This document shows, piece after piece, positions 25,489 to 37,942 of a DNA stretch of 64,000 nt; position 1 is the first letter of the stretch; the number at the start of each line of letters is the position of its first letter. Position numbers and translations under genes: made by a program. Below the pieces are notes generated by a model. That model did not search any database and had not been told where the DNA came from. It worked only from the letters and a program-made list of their open reading frames with translations. Origin of the DNA: Squalus acanthias (lineage: Eukaryota); contig CM059432.1 of assembly GCA_030390025.1 (NCBI GenBank), positions 27,034,001-27,098,000 on the forward strand, in the 5' to 3' direction.

Positions 25489-26699
25489 TCTCTTTTTTCC
25501 AGTCTATTACTTTGGTCTTTGTCTTACTTATGGCTTTCTCAATCACTATTTTCAACCTCAGTATGTTGTGATCACTATTGCCTAGACGTTCCCCTATGCT
25601 TACTTCTCTTATCTGCACTGGTTCATTTCCCATTACTAGATCCAACAGTGATTGCTCTCTTGTTGGGCTTCTTATGTATGGGGTAAGAAAGAAGTCCTGA
25701 ACACACTGTAAAAACGCCATCCCCTTTTCCCCTTTACCTACTTCTTGCCAGTTTATTTAAGGGTAGTTGAAATCTCCCGTGATTATTATTCTATGTCTAT
25801 TACTCATTTCATAGATTTCTTCCTCCACTTCTCTTCCACCATTAGTGGGTCTGTAGAATACCCCTATTAGCATGATTCATCCCTTATCTCAATCCATGTG
25901 ATTCCTTATGAGATTCCTAGATACACATATTTGTGAAATGAAAGTTGTCATAACATACTGTTTCCCAGTGAATAAAGGCATTAAAGTACACCCGAAGCAG
26001 TGATTATCAGACCCACCCGCCCCTCCGAACCAGAGAGACAGAGACAGGCTGGGCACCAGGTTTCCACCATTGGTGCTATCTGAAACGAGGCCCCAAGTCC
26101 CCGCACTGTCAGAGGCCAGGGCCTGGCGGCCCACTGCTGCTGCTTTCCATCCAGGAGCTAGGTACTGAGTAGGGTCCCCAAAAGCTAGCACTCAGTATGC
26201 TCTAAAGAGCATGAATCTAACCTCCATGTTGATTATCAAGCCAAATGCGCACAGAGAGGCCTTACACATTCATGAAAATTGCAGGTGTGCTCCGCAGGAT
26301 GGAAAATCATAGGGAGTGCACCCAAATTTATACCTTTGAGCATCTCTGGAGATCAGCTCTTTCTGGGGGAATCTCCTGATCCTCAGTGTTGACTAATTCG
26401 TACTGCATGGTGTGCAGCTAGTAAGATTCTCAACAGAAAGAATCTATATAAAGGATTAAAAAATAAGTGGGTGATGCAGTATCATTAAGATAATTGGAAT
26501 TTTACCATATAAACCTGCAAGCATAACATAATAATGCTATTATATATAACCTTTAAAATATAAGGGCCAGGACTATCCTCCCAGTGGTGGTGTTCTAGCA
26601 GGGTGGGACTTCAATCACAGCTCACGGCAGAATTCACGCAGCCAAGAGAATACCCCTCTCCTCTATCCCTTATTAATAATTTTACATTGAGCAGAGATA

Positions 26700-27928
26700 G
26701 GAATGTAGGAACAAGAGTAGGCCATTTAACCTGTCGAGCCTATTCCGCCATTCAATGAGATCATGGCTGATCTGTGACCTAACTCCATATACCTGCCTTT
26801 GGTTAACAAAAAATCTATCCATGTCCAATTTAAAATTAAGAATTGCGTTGCATCAATTGCTGTTTGCGAAAGAGTGTTCCACCCTTTACATGTAGAAGTG
26901 CTTCCTAACTTCACTCCTGAAAGGCCTGGCTGTAATTTTTAGGCTACGTACCCTAGTCCTAGACACTCCAACCAGCAGAAATAGTTTTTCTATATCTACC
27001 CTATCAGTTCCCCTTAATATCTTGAAAACGTCAATCAAATCACCTCTTAACCATCTGAATTCCAGGGAATATAACCCTAGTTTGTGTAATCTCGCTTTGT
27101 AATTTAACCCTTGAAGTCCAGGTAGTATTCTGGTAAATCTGCATTGCACTCCCTCCAAGGCCAATATATTCTTCCTAAGGTGTGGTGCCCAGAACTGAAC
27201 ACAGTACTCCAGGTGTGGTCTAACCAGGGCTTTGTATAGCTGCAGCATAACTTCTACTCCCTTGTATTCTCGTCCTTTAAATATAAAGCCCAGCATTCTA
27301 TTAGCCTTTTTGATTATTTTCTGTACCTGTCCATGACATTTTAATGATCTATATACATGGACCCCTAAGTGTCTTTGGACCTACATTGAAATCCATTTGC
27401 CACAGTTTTGCTATTCACTTAATCTATTAATATCTCTTCATAATTTTATTCTTCCATCTTCACTGCTTACAATGCTGCTTATCCTTGTGTCATTGCCAAA
27501 CGTGGATATGTGGCTCTCTATCCCATCATCTAAGTCATCACTAAATATGGTGAATAGATGAGGCCCCAACACAGATCCCTGTGGGACACCACTAGTCACA
27601 TCCTCCCAATTAGAGTACCTGCCCATTATCCCTACTCTGTGTTCTGCCATTCAGCCAATTTCCTAACCAGGTCAATAATTTGCCTTCAATTCCATGAGCT
27701 TCAACTTTAGCTAACAGTCTCTTATGGGGGACTTTATTGAATGCCTTCTGGAAGTCCATATAAATAACATCCCTAGACATTCCCCTGTACACTACTTTAG
27801 TCACCTTTCAAAAAATTCAGTCAGGTTTACCAGGCATTATCTACCCTTTATAAGTCCAATTTTCAAGGTGTTCATTCACTCTAGCCTTAATTATAGAGTT
27901 TAGTAATTTCCCGACACACATTAGGCTA
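26700..27928 (-). mobile_element. CR1 RT/3' fragment
   Basis: ORFs 26886..27296, 27438..27650, 27610..27804 ([21 protein letters not shown]). Confidence 0.92.
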
Positions 27929-28138
27929 AAAACCCGGAAATAAGTGCAGCACATCTGTCAGTTGCTTTTTAACTCAGCTACCTCGTTATAATTTTACTTC
28001 CGGATTTCCCGTACAATCAGCGGCAGCGGGCGTGATATGGCACATGATGCAGTCTCAACTCCAATATTTAAAGGGACACTCCAAACATGCAAGTTAAAAG
28101 AGTTGGAAGTTGGGAAGAAAAGAGAAGCAAGTGGCAGA

Positions 28139-29927
28139 ATGGATTCCAGACGGGCAAAGGCTGCTCCTCGTTTCAGTGACGCCTCCCTGGATGTGCTGCT
28201 GGGGGCTGTGAGAAGTCGGAGAAAGATACTGTTTCCAACGCATGGGAGGAAGTAATCTGTAGCTGACACCAAGTAGGTGTGGTTGGACGTAACGGTGGAG
28301 GCCAGCAGCAGGAGTGTGGTGCAGAAAGCACTTTAGTGGCCTAAGCAGGTCAGGAAAGGCAAGTACAGTGGCACATTCACCTACATCCTGCTCTGCACAT
28401 CACCCCAGCCCCTCACTCTGATTTATCAAGCCTACTCCATCACATCACTCCTCACACCACTTACCTTGCAGGTGCACCTATCCTTCTCTTTCTAGGCACT
28501 TCCTCACATCTCCATCTATCCGTCCACCACTCCCACTCACCTCCCACTCACCCTCATCCTTATGCAATGTCATGCCGCTCCCTCATAGTCACCTTCGCCA
28601 AATGCACTGCATCCATCGGATGAATACATACACACACCCATACGTCGTCTCTTTGCATCCTTGCAGGTGAAGAGAGCACTGAACACCAGGGAGAGGGAGA
28701 GAACCGGAGGGGGCTTTCCAAACATCTCGCAACTGACAAGCACAGAGGAGGAGGCACTGGAGATCAGAGGAGTTTCGGCGTCCTTGGCCATTGGAGATGA
28801 GACGTGGAGCTCACAGCTACCTGGTGACATAAGTAAATAAAAGCCACCCACATGTTATACGGCACTCAGTCCTGTTGACTTGATTTCAACAGTGAGTGAA
28901 ATATGATCATCTTCATAATGATAACTTGCAACTTATTCTTGCCTTGCCAGGACTAATTCATGTCTTTTATCTCCCACAGAGCCTTCACGTGTGCAGCAGG
29001 AATCGGTGAACGTGGAAGGCGACAAGTGCTCCGAGGGGCTGAGTCCTTCTGAGGACTCATTTAGACCATGCACCAGCTCAGATACTCACGCTTCAATGGG
29101 ACCAGTAAGACAGGTTTTCACCTGGTGACTCACACTTCACAAGTGAGCAAGAGCAGATGGCGGAAACAGGGACAGCAGTGGGGATTTTGCGTCAGAGGGC
29201 ACAGCCCACTCCAAGGTCTGCTCAGCTGGACACATGTTGTACCTCGGGGACAATCGATGAAGAGGAGAATCAGCAGCAGCAGGCAATGTGCGATGCACTG
29301 TCAGGCCTTCAAAGTGGAATCACCATGATTGCAGTGAGTGTGGAGGAGTCTACCTCAAGCATGAGGGGGGGTGATGTCACAGACCATTGAGATGATGTCT
29401 TCTTCCATGGATAGAGTGGCCAGCGCCATGGACCAGCATATGCTCCAATCAAGTGAGTCCATGCACGCCTTCAGCACCACTGTGCGGACTCTGGATGCCA
29501 AAATGTCGACCACCTTAAATAAGTTGACAGATACCTTGGCCTTACAGGGCCACACTGATCTGCACCAAAGTGTTCTTCAGCACAGTGGTAGCAGTGACGT
29601 GCGGCTGGGTCATGAGCGGGATGATGACGAAAGGGGTCATGGAAGTGGGGACTCCACTCAAAGTGTTTCCACTTCCCACACATAGCCCACTTTCAGTCAG
29701 TAGCCCACATGCTGCCTCGTCTCCCGATGGCCAAGTCTGCCCCTGCACAGGTACAAGTGGAGCAGTCTTTAGCGGGGTCCTCACGGGCTCCAAAATCCAG
29801 AGGTCGTCTGCCAAGTGCATCTCAGCAGTCAGAGCAGAGATCTGAGCAGCCTGCCTCTACCTCTGCTGAAGCCACACAGGTTGCACCAGTTGGGAGTAGC
29901 AGAAAAAGGAAGAGTAAGGCTTTGTAG
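28139..29927 (+). pseudogene. Harbinger Myb/SANT-like protein pseudogene, three exons
   Basis: Exon 1 MDSRRAKAAPRFSDASLDVLLGAVRSRRKILFP then stops; exon 2 from 28667 VKRALNTRERERTGGG-LTSTEEEALEI; exon 3 after cacag 28979 ending RKRKSKAL*. Confidence 0.8.
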
Positions 29928-30252
29928 TTGCACAAGGGTATACACATGGGTGTCTGAAAACATTCTTTTGCTAAGTTTTTGTTCTTTATTTAGCTCACAT
30001 AAATGTTTTTTTACTACTTTCCCTTGTCTATTCTTTGGTGCTGTGGTGGTAAGTGGCCTAACTTGTTTGATGATGAATGTGAAGACATGAATTAATGGGG
30101 ACCAATGGGAGGGTAGGGGGGCAATGTTCAAGGGGTGGTTGGTTGGTTGCAGGATTGCTTTGTGCCAGTGGCATGGGGCGGGGGAGGTGGGTGGAGAGCG
30201 CGAAGCATTGCTGTTGTGGTTTCTGGTGACATCATGGGTTCACTGGTGCAAC

Positions 30253-31382
30253 CTAAGTGAACCTTGCATTAATAAGGGCATCCCGGGCAGCAGTGTGAGC
30301 AGCTGGGGGTGCATTGCCCTCATCACCACCCTCCTCCTCCTCCTCCTCTTCCTCTTCCTCCTCCAGCTTTTCGCCTCATTCCTCCTACAGGTCCAAGTCT
30401 CGCTGTTGCACAATGTTGTGCAGAGCACAGCAAACCACGATAATCTGGCTGGTGCGTACTCAAGGGTGCCTCTGGATCTGTCCAGGCACCTGAAGCGCAT
30501 CTTCGGTATGCCGATGGCCTGTTCAATTACACATCTGGTGATATGGCATTCATTATAGCTCTGTTGGGCTTCAGTGTTGAGGTTTCAGATGGGTGTCCTG
30601 AGCCACATTTACAGTGGGTATCCCTTGTCGCCTAGCAGCCACCCACTAAGTCTGCTTCCAGACCTGAAGAGATCAGGGAGCTTGGACTGCTGCAGGACAA
30701 AAGCATCATGACAGCTGCCCGGGAATCTTCCGCACACCTGCATAAACGTCTTTTTGTGGTTGCACACCAGCTGCACATTGATGGAGTGGAAGCCCTAGCG
30801 ATTGACGAGTACTCCTGGTTGTTCTGTGGGTGCCGTGTGTGCCGTCGATTGGCACCCTGCACCTGTGGGAAGCCAGCCAGAGCCGCAAAGGCGAGCGCCC
30901 ACTGGCATCATCAGTGGCAAAGTTGACATAATTGCCAGCCCTGGCAAACAACCCGTCAGTCACCTCTCTTGCATTTGTGGGCGGCCAACTGGGAGATCCG
31001 GCATATGCCTGTGGCAGAGCCCTGGAAAGATCCAGAGACAAAAATGTTGAGGGTGGTGGTGACTTTGACAGTCACTGGTAACGCGTGGCCACCAGGTCTA
31101 GCAGGCAGCAGGTCTTTTTCTAGGAGGCTGCAGATGTCTGCCACCACCTGGCGTGACATCCTGAGCCTCCTGAGACACTGGTGTTCAGACATGTCCAGGA
31201 AACTGAGTTTCTTTCTGTAGACCATTTTGTGACTAGTGCCTCCTGCAAAATGCATCTCTCTGCTGGTCACCTCTCTGCTGTGCAACTACAGGTCTGTGAG
31301 CAGCAGGCTCCTGTGGGTGCTGTTGCTGGTGATCTTGGTCCTCATCTGACATCCAATTTAAGGCAGCATAAATGGCACCCAT
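30253..31382 (-). pseudogene. Harbinger (HARBI1-like, DDE) transposase pseudogene
   Basis: [78 protein letters not shown]; multiple frameshifts and stops. Confidence 0.92.
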
Positions 31383-32065
31383 CCTGATGTGCTAAAGTAA
31401 GCGTCCAAAGTGTAGAAAGTATCCTCTCAATTGTACAAAGTAATCTCTCTGTAAAAGTACTGTGAACAAACCCTTTCCCACTAACAGGTAAGAAAGCAGT
31501 TGTGAGTATTGAGTATTTATTGGCATCTTTAACTGAGATTGCTTCAGACCCCTCAATTACTACTGTGGTTTCACTGGCAAGTTTCAGGAAGCCCAGGAAA
31601 CCCTGGACCCAACATTAAACTGAAAACATGTGTCAATATATCTCTAATTGAGCAATTAGCATATGGAAATTGACAACCCGCCTCTCCCGAACCACATCCA
31701 AACCCACATCTAGTTACTTACTAGGGAGTCCTACTCTCCCCAAATTCTTAACTTCCTGCTCTGTTCACAAAGCACGCAGTTCACGTTGTGATCTGTGGTT
31801 GCGCTCTGTGCCTCAGATGTGTAACTATTTGTTTCAAATAACTAATGTTTAATTCAAATCATTTTTGTCTGCTTGGCCAGAGCTGAGAACCTTTATAAAG
31901 ATTCACATCACTTGGTTCTGTGTTCATTTTAAGTTTGTTTTGTTTTATTTAATTGATGAGAAGACAAGCATCAATTACAAGCAATTTTCTGAGTGGCATT
32001 TTGCCTGCATAAATTATTGATTATGTTCTTTCCTTCCTCACACTACTTGTTTTCTTGCCCTGCAG

Positions 32066-32154
32066 GTAAACAATTTAAATGTACAGTGTGTGACTACACC
32101 GCCGCACAAAAGCCAAACCTCCTTCGACATATGGAGCAGCATGCTGCCTTCAAG
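32066..32154 (+). CDS. ZFAT: ZFAT coding exon 4 in window, (G)KQFKCTVCDYTAAQKPNLLRHMEQHAAFK
   Basis: tgcag acceptor; ends AAG|GCAAGA (GC donor); 89 nt, phase 1-0, fits phase-0 start of next exon. Confidence 0.94.
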
Positions 32155-32974
32155 GCAAGAATTATTTGCCTAGAATAAATTCTTTTGAGACATTTACTAT
32201 ATGACCAGTGATAGTTTGGCAGTATTTCCAGTGAAGGCTATTATCAGTGACCCTAGACAATGTTATCAGTAAGGATGTAGACTCATTACCAGTGAGAGTT
32301 GGACAGTGATGGTTACTAGGCAGTCGTATTGGTGACTTGTCAAGAATATTGTGAATGAGAATGTATATTGTATCATGATTGATGGTTGGGCAATCTCACC
32401 AGCTATGAAATGTTGACTGAGCTGGGATTGAGTGCTGCTCCCTCTGAAAAGGAATGCTTTCCAGTTTCCATGAAGCAAGTCAAAGAGGCTTCGATGGCCC
32501 TGTAGTGTGCTTTCTCTTCCTGCGGGAAACCCCAATCCTCCTTGGCAACTGCTCACAATGGCATGATTGAAATCAGGAGATCACAGTGGCGCAGACCCAT
32601 ATCCCATTGCTCCTCGGTAGAGCATCGTTCCTGAGAGTAACTCTGAAGCAAAACATTAGTTTATGGTCCTCAACTAAAGTGGATTAACAATAGGGTGTGA
32701 GCCATACTTCCTGTGAAGGTAGGGCGGTACTCTAAGTAAACTCACACTTGTTGCTGTTACCCTTGATGTTGTGATTGCTGTTACTGTTGGCAGAAACCAG
32801 GAATCAAGTCCCATAATGCAGGACACACCCAAGGTTGAAAAGGGTAAATGACAAAACATGATAAATCAGGAAGTCATGGTTAGGTGATGCCAAACCTCAG
32901 TTAAAATAACATAGGAGGAAGGAGAGACTGAGGGATGTAAGGATTTTTATGATTTTGGGTTTTTAGGAAAGAAT

Positions 32975-33676
32975 AGGGGTGCATGAGCAGAGAGACCTGG
33001 GGGTATATGTGCACAAATCGTTGCAGGGCAGGTTGAGAAAGTGGTTAAAAAACCATACGGGATCCTGGCCTTTATAAACAGAGGCATAGAGTACAAAAGC
33101 AAGGAAGTTATGATGAACCTGTATAAAACACTAGTTTGGCCAATTCTGGGCACCACACTTTAGGAAGGATGTGAAGGCCTTAGAGAGGGTGCAGAAAAGA
33201 TTTACGAGAATGGTTCCAGGGTTGAGGAGCTTCAGTTATGTGGATAGACTAGAGAAGCTGGGGTGGTTCTCCTTGGAGCAGAGAAGATTGAGAGGAGATT
33301 ATATAGAGGTGTTCAAAATCATGATGGGTCTAGACAGAGTAGATAGAGAGAAACTGTTCCCGTTGGCGGAAGGGTCGAGAACCAGAGGACACAGATTTAA
33401 GGTGATTGGCAAAAGAACCAAAGGCGACATGAGGAAAAACTTTTTTATGCAGTGAGTGGTAAGGATCTGGAATGCACTGCCTGAAAGGGTGGTGGAGGCA
33501 GACTCAATCATGGTTTTCAAAAGGGAATTGGATAAGTACCTGAAGGAAAAAAATTTGCAGGGCTACGGGGAAAGGGCAGGGGAGTGGGACTAGCCGAAGT
33601 GCTCTTGCAGAGAGCTGGCACGGGCTCGACTGGCCGAATGGCCTCCTTCTGTGCTGTAACCATGCTATGATTCTGT
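32975..33676 (+). mobile_element. CR1 3' fragment
   Basis: ORF 33171..33455; 3' UTR and ctatgattct tail. Confidence 0.92.
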
Positions 33677-34414
33677 GGGCTAGAAATTGGCCTCCTTTGC
33701 ACCTCTGGGGGGCGATAACGGGGCGCTAATGACTTACCGACCAGGCACGGCTAAAGAAACGACTCCCGCAAAATTCAATGGGGAGGTAGCGCCGGCGGTA
33801 AAACCTACTGCCACGATCTCCTGCGCCCCGGAGATCGTGATGTCATCCAATGCGCATTGCCCCGTTACCGCCCCGGATCCTAAATTTGCTTCCGCCCCCT
33901 GCAGCTTCGCCGGGCGTCAGCAACAGCAGCTGCAGGAGGCGTTGTGACCTCGGCTGGCCACTTGAGCGGTAATTAAGGGGATTGGTGGTCAGGTAGGCCA
34001 AAAAAAAATTCTCGCCCCTTTGTGCTGTTTTTTTTTATTTTTCATTGCCGCGATTGATCAGCCCTGCACTCTTAGAGTGCTTGGGGCTGCTCCTCGCGGA
34101 TCGTGGGTGCCATCGCCGACCCATCCCCAGCCTTACCTTTAACTGCTGTGAGCATTGGCCCGTCCCTTTAAGGGAGGGAAGGAGCCTGCGAATCTGGCAG
34201 TGCTGCACGGAACATTGATCAGCGCTCTGCCGATACCGCCCCCTCACTCCCTTTAGCGCTCTAAGGGAATTGGTAGCGCTTGATTTAGCGTGGCACTTTC
34301 CTCTTGGAGTGCTACAACTGAATTTCGCGGGAGCCTCTCATCATTAGCGCCTGGCAATTTTTCTGCTTCCAAAGTTTTAGCGCCCCAAACGGGGCTATAA
34401 TGAATTTCTCCCCC
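33677..34414. mobile_element. GC-rich PIF/Harbinger-type MITE inserted in CR1 tail
   Basis: TIR GGGCTAGAAATT vs GGGGGAGAAATT; TSD TGT; internal TAGCGCC motifs shared with 53998 and 58544 copies. Confidence 0.85.
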
Positions 34415-34447
34415 TGTGAGTCTAATGAATTAGAACAGGAAACACTT

Positions 34448-34731
34448 GGGGATAGAAATTGTATCTTGTTGCACCTGTTTTAGAGTCATAAAATGGGCGT
34501 AACAAGGCCCAATTTCGGGGACCACTTACCTGAAGGCAAGCAGACCAAAATTCGTTTTGTGAGATAGGCGAGCTAGCCTCTGGAGAGACGGCAGGTGTCA
34601 TCAGCTCACCAAACTTAATGAAATGAGGCCTATGGCCTAATTTTGTGCCAGCCTCATTCCTCCTTGGGCTCGTTTCAGCTGCACAGCACCGATTCTGGGC
34701 CCAAAATCAGGCCCAGATGAATTTTTACCCC
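34448..34731. mobile_element. Harbinger-like MITE
   Basis: GGGGATAGAAATT...AATTTTTACCCC; subterminal gcacctgtttta/aaaatgggc hairpin also at about 61993-62020; TSD unclear. Confidence 0.55.
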
Positions 34732-35344
34732 TCAATGTCAATGCAGTGAGGATTCGGGGAGGAGGAACAGCATGTAGCATGCCATATTTGTAATGTAAAA
34801 GGAACGAGAGAACAAAGTCCAGAAAAGCACTAGTATTGATAAAATAAAAAGTTTGGAGGGGCAGAGCGAGAGAGAGAGGTTGAAGACTAGGGACCTGATT
34901 TTCCTCCCTCCCTGTGTCCAGGCACCAGATAGGTGCAGTATGTTTCCATTATGCTGCATCAGGTCATTTGCCTTATTGCTTGATGTTCTTGCTGATTCTG
35001 CTGCCATTGGACTGGTACAGATTGCAGTATTGCTTAGTTGCTGTTCGTGCTCTGGTTCCTAGTCTGATGGCTTTTGCCATCATATTTCTTGGTGATTTGA
35101 CTGTTCCTGTTGGAGTCGCTGGTGGGGTGGCTATTTCTATTGTGGGTACTGGTGCACTTGCTTTTGCTGATGACGGCCTCGGTAGAATTACTTTTATAGC
35201 TATTATTGTGGTTGCTAGTTATTGTGCTTGGGATGTGGTTGCTTTCTGATTGTTGTTGCAACTGTTGGGGTTCTTGATGCAGTTTTTGTTCAGCTTTTTT
35301 GCAGTTGCTACTGCTATCCCTGTTGTCGGTTTAGATATTACTGT

Positions 35345-36118
35345 TTTGGGGAAGGCTAACAAGACAAGGGAATACACAATAAATGGTAGGATACTGAGAA
35401 GTGTAGAGAAACAGAGTGACCTTGGAGTGCATGTCCACAGATCCCTGAAGGTAGCAGGACAGATAGATAAGGTGGTTAAGAAGGCATGCTTTCCTTTATT
35501 AGCCGAGGCTTAGAATATAAGAGCAGAGCGGTTATGCTAGAACTGTATAAAACACTGGTTAGGCCACAGCTAGAGTACTGTGTACTGTTCTGGTCACCAC
35601 ATTACAGGAAGGATGTAATTGCACTAGAGAGGGTACAGAGGAGATTTACGAGGATGTTGCCAGGACTGGAGAATTTTAGCTATGAGGAAAGATTGGATAG
35701 GCTGGGGTTGTATTCTTTGGAAGAGCAGAGGCTGAGAGGAGACTTGATTGAGGTGTATAAAATTATGAGCAGCCTAGATAGAGTGGATACGGAGGACCTA
35801 TTTCCCCTAGCAGGTCAATAACCAGGGGGCATAGATTTAAGGTAATTGGTAGAAGGATTATAGGGGAGTTGAGGAGAACTTGTTCCACCCAGAGGGTGGT
35901 GGGGGTCTGGAACTCACTGCTTGAAAGGGTGGTAGAGGCAGAAACGCTCATCACATTTAAAAAGTACTTGGATCTGCACTTGAAGTGCTGTAACCTACAA
36001 GGCTATGGACTAAAATCTGGAAAGTGGGATTAGGTTGGATAGCTCTTTTTCGGCCGGCACAGACACGATTGGTCGAATGGCCTCCTTCTGTGCTGTAAAT
36101 TTCTATGATTCTATGATT
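35345..36118 (+). mobile_element. CR1 3' fragment with canonical tail
   Basis: ORF 35486..35821; ends ttctatgattctatgatt. Confidence 0.92.
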
Positions 36119-36154
36119 ATCCCTGTTGTTGGTACAAATGTTGTTGGTGCAGAC

Positions 36155-36924
36155 TTTTTTTTTAAATTTGTTTATGGGATCAGGGCGTCGCTGGCAATGC
36201 CAGCATTTATTGCCCATCCCTAGTTGCCCTTGAGAAGGTGGTGGTGAGCCGCCTTCTTGAACCGCTGCAGTCCGTGTGGTGAAGGTACTCCCACAGTGCT
36301 GTTAGGTAGGGAGTTCCAGGATTTTGACCCAGCGACGATGAAGGATCAGCGATATACTTCTAAGTCAGGATGGTGTGTGACTTGGAGGGGAACTTGGAGA
36401 TGGTGGTGTTCCCATGCGCCTGCTGCCCTTGTCCTTCTAGGTGGAAGAGGTCGCAGGTTTGGGAGGTGCTGCCGAAGAAGCCTTGGCGAGTTGCTGCAGT
36501 GCATCTTGTAGATGGTACACACTGCAACCACGGTACGCCAGTGGTGGAGGGAGTGAATGTTTAAGGTGGTGGATGGGGTGCCAATCAAGCGGGCTGCTTT
36601 GTCCTAGATGGTGTCGAGCTTCTTGAGTGTTGTTGGAGCTGCACTCATCCAGGCAAGTGGAGAGTATTCCATCACACTCCTTACTTGTGCCTTGTAGATG
36701 GTGGAAAGGCTTTGGGGAGTCAGGAGGTGAGACACTCACCGCAGAATACCTAGCCTCTGACCTGCTCTTGTTGCCACAGTATTTATGTGGCTGGTCCAGT
36801 TAAGTTTCTGGTTAATGGTGACCCCCAGATGTTGATAGTGGGGGATTCGGCGATGGTAATACCATTGAATGTCAAGGGGAGGTGGTTAGACTCTCGCTTG
36901 TTGGAGATAGTCATTGCCTGGCAC
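36155..36924 (-). mobile_element. LINE family B 3' fragment
   Basis: Close homologue of 2230-2989 on opposite strand; T-run marks tail. Confidence 0.92.
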
Positions 36925-37127
36925 CCGATCCAATTAGATGGAGCGGTTCTATCGATATATTTCTTAATTCTATAGATATCTTTCTTAAGGCTAAAGGGAT
37001 CAAGGGATATGGGCAGAAAGCAGGGACAGGGTACTGAATTTGGAAGATCAGCCATGATCTCATTAAATGGCGGAGCAGGCTCGAGGGGCCGAATGGCCTA
37101 CTCCTGCTCCTATCTTCTATGTTTCTA
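36925..37127 (+). mobile_element. CR1 3' UTR/tail
   Basis: gatcagccatgatctcattaaatggcggagcaggctcgaggggccgaatggcctactcctgctcct. Confidence 0.85.
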
Positions 37128-37137
37128 TCTCCAACAA

Positions 37138-37535
37138 GATGTTGCTGCTATCTGTTATTGGTGTAGATGTTGCTGCTATCTGTTATTGGTGTAGATGTTG
37201 CTACTATCTGTTGTTGGTGTAGATGTTGCTGCTATCTGTTATTGGTGTAGATGTTGCTGCTATCTGTTGTTGGTGCAGATGTTGCTGCTATCTGTTATTG
37301 GTGTAGATGTTGCTGCTATCTGTTGTTGATGTAGATGTTGCTGCTATCTGTTGTTGGTGTAGATGTTGCTGCTATCTGTTATTGGTGTAGATGTTGCTGC
37401 TATCTGTTGTTGGTGTAGATGTTGCTGCTATCTGTTATTGGTGTAGATGTTGCTGCTATCTGTTATTGGTGTAGATGTTGCTGCTATCTGTTGTTGGTGT
37501 AGATGTTGCTGCTATCCCTGTTACTGGTGTAGTTG
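37138..37535 (+). repeat. 28-bp minisatellite, about 14 copies of GATGTTGCTGCTATCTGTTRTTGGTGTA
   Basis: Period 28 (37141, 37169, ...); highly homogeneous; ends about 35 nt before exon at 37570. Confidence 0.97.
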
Positions 37536-37569
37536 CTGTTACTAGTAATGCTCTCCTTATTCACTTCAG

Positions 37570-37708
37570 CCTTTTCGATGTGCGCTGTGCCACTATTCCT
37601 GTAACATGGCTGGATCATTGAAGAGGCATTACCACAAGAAACACCCCAATGATGAATATGTCAATGCTGGGACTGGTGTGCTAGCTCAGGAGAGTGTGAC
37701 GCAACAAG
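37570..37708 (+). CDS. ZFAT: ZFAT coding exon 5 in window, PFRCALCHYSCNMAGSLKRHYHKKHPNDEYVNAGTGVLAQESVTQQ
   Basis: ttcag acceptor, gtatca donor; 139 nt, phase 0-1. Confidence 0.95.
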
Positions 37709-37942
37709 GTATCAAGAGCTTTGCTTTGAAATAATGCATGCAGCTTACAGTAACGTAGATTACTGAAACACTTTTTGTAGTGAAAATAATTTTTCAGTGT
37801 GCCAATTCATTCTCACTCTCCGTTCTTCTTTAAATCCTCCCTCTCATAGCATCCAGGAATATCCCTGTTCCTGGTTGGTCCTTCTGGCCATTCTGATCAT
37901 CTTGCATTTCTCAGGGTCTCCAGTTGGATTCTCTGTTTCCTT

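Larger units (their letters stand above)
18925..25910 (-). mobile_element. Old CR1 host copy fragmented by multiple nested insertions
   Basis: Collinear ORF2 pieces at about 18925-19910, 21530-21740, 22877-22933, 23464-24400, 25489-25910 (RT C-terminus back to endonuclease). Confidence 0.8.
27929..31720. mobile_element. Decayed two-gene PIF/Harbinger transposon (convergent Myb-like and transposase genes); ends approximate
   Basis: Myb-like gene on + and DDE transposase on -, tail to tail; TIRs not recognisable. Confidence 0.88.

Noticed and set aside
25040..25720. 226-aa ORF as a novel endonuclease-RT fusion protein
   Set aside because: Chance in-frame junction of two nested CR1 fragments
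30253..31382. Domesticated HARBI1 gene
   Set aside because: Multiple frameshifts and stops, and paired with a disabled Myb gene as in a transposon
34914..35345. Hydrophobic ORFs (34914..35249, 35250..35513) resembling a membrane protein
   Set aside because: Arise from TG-rich low-complexity sequence and run into a CR1 fragment; no splice or family support
37138..37535. CRISPR-like regular 28-bp repeats
   Set aside because: Units are head-to-tail with no unique spacers; eukaryotic intron; no cas genes
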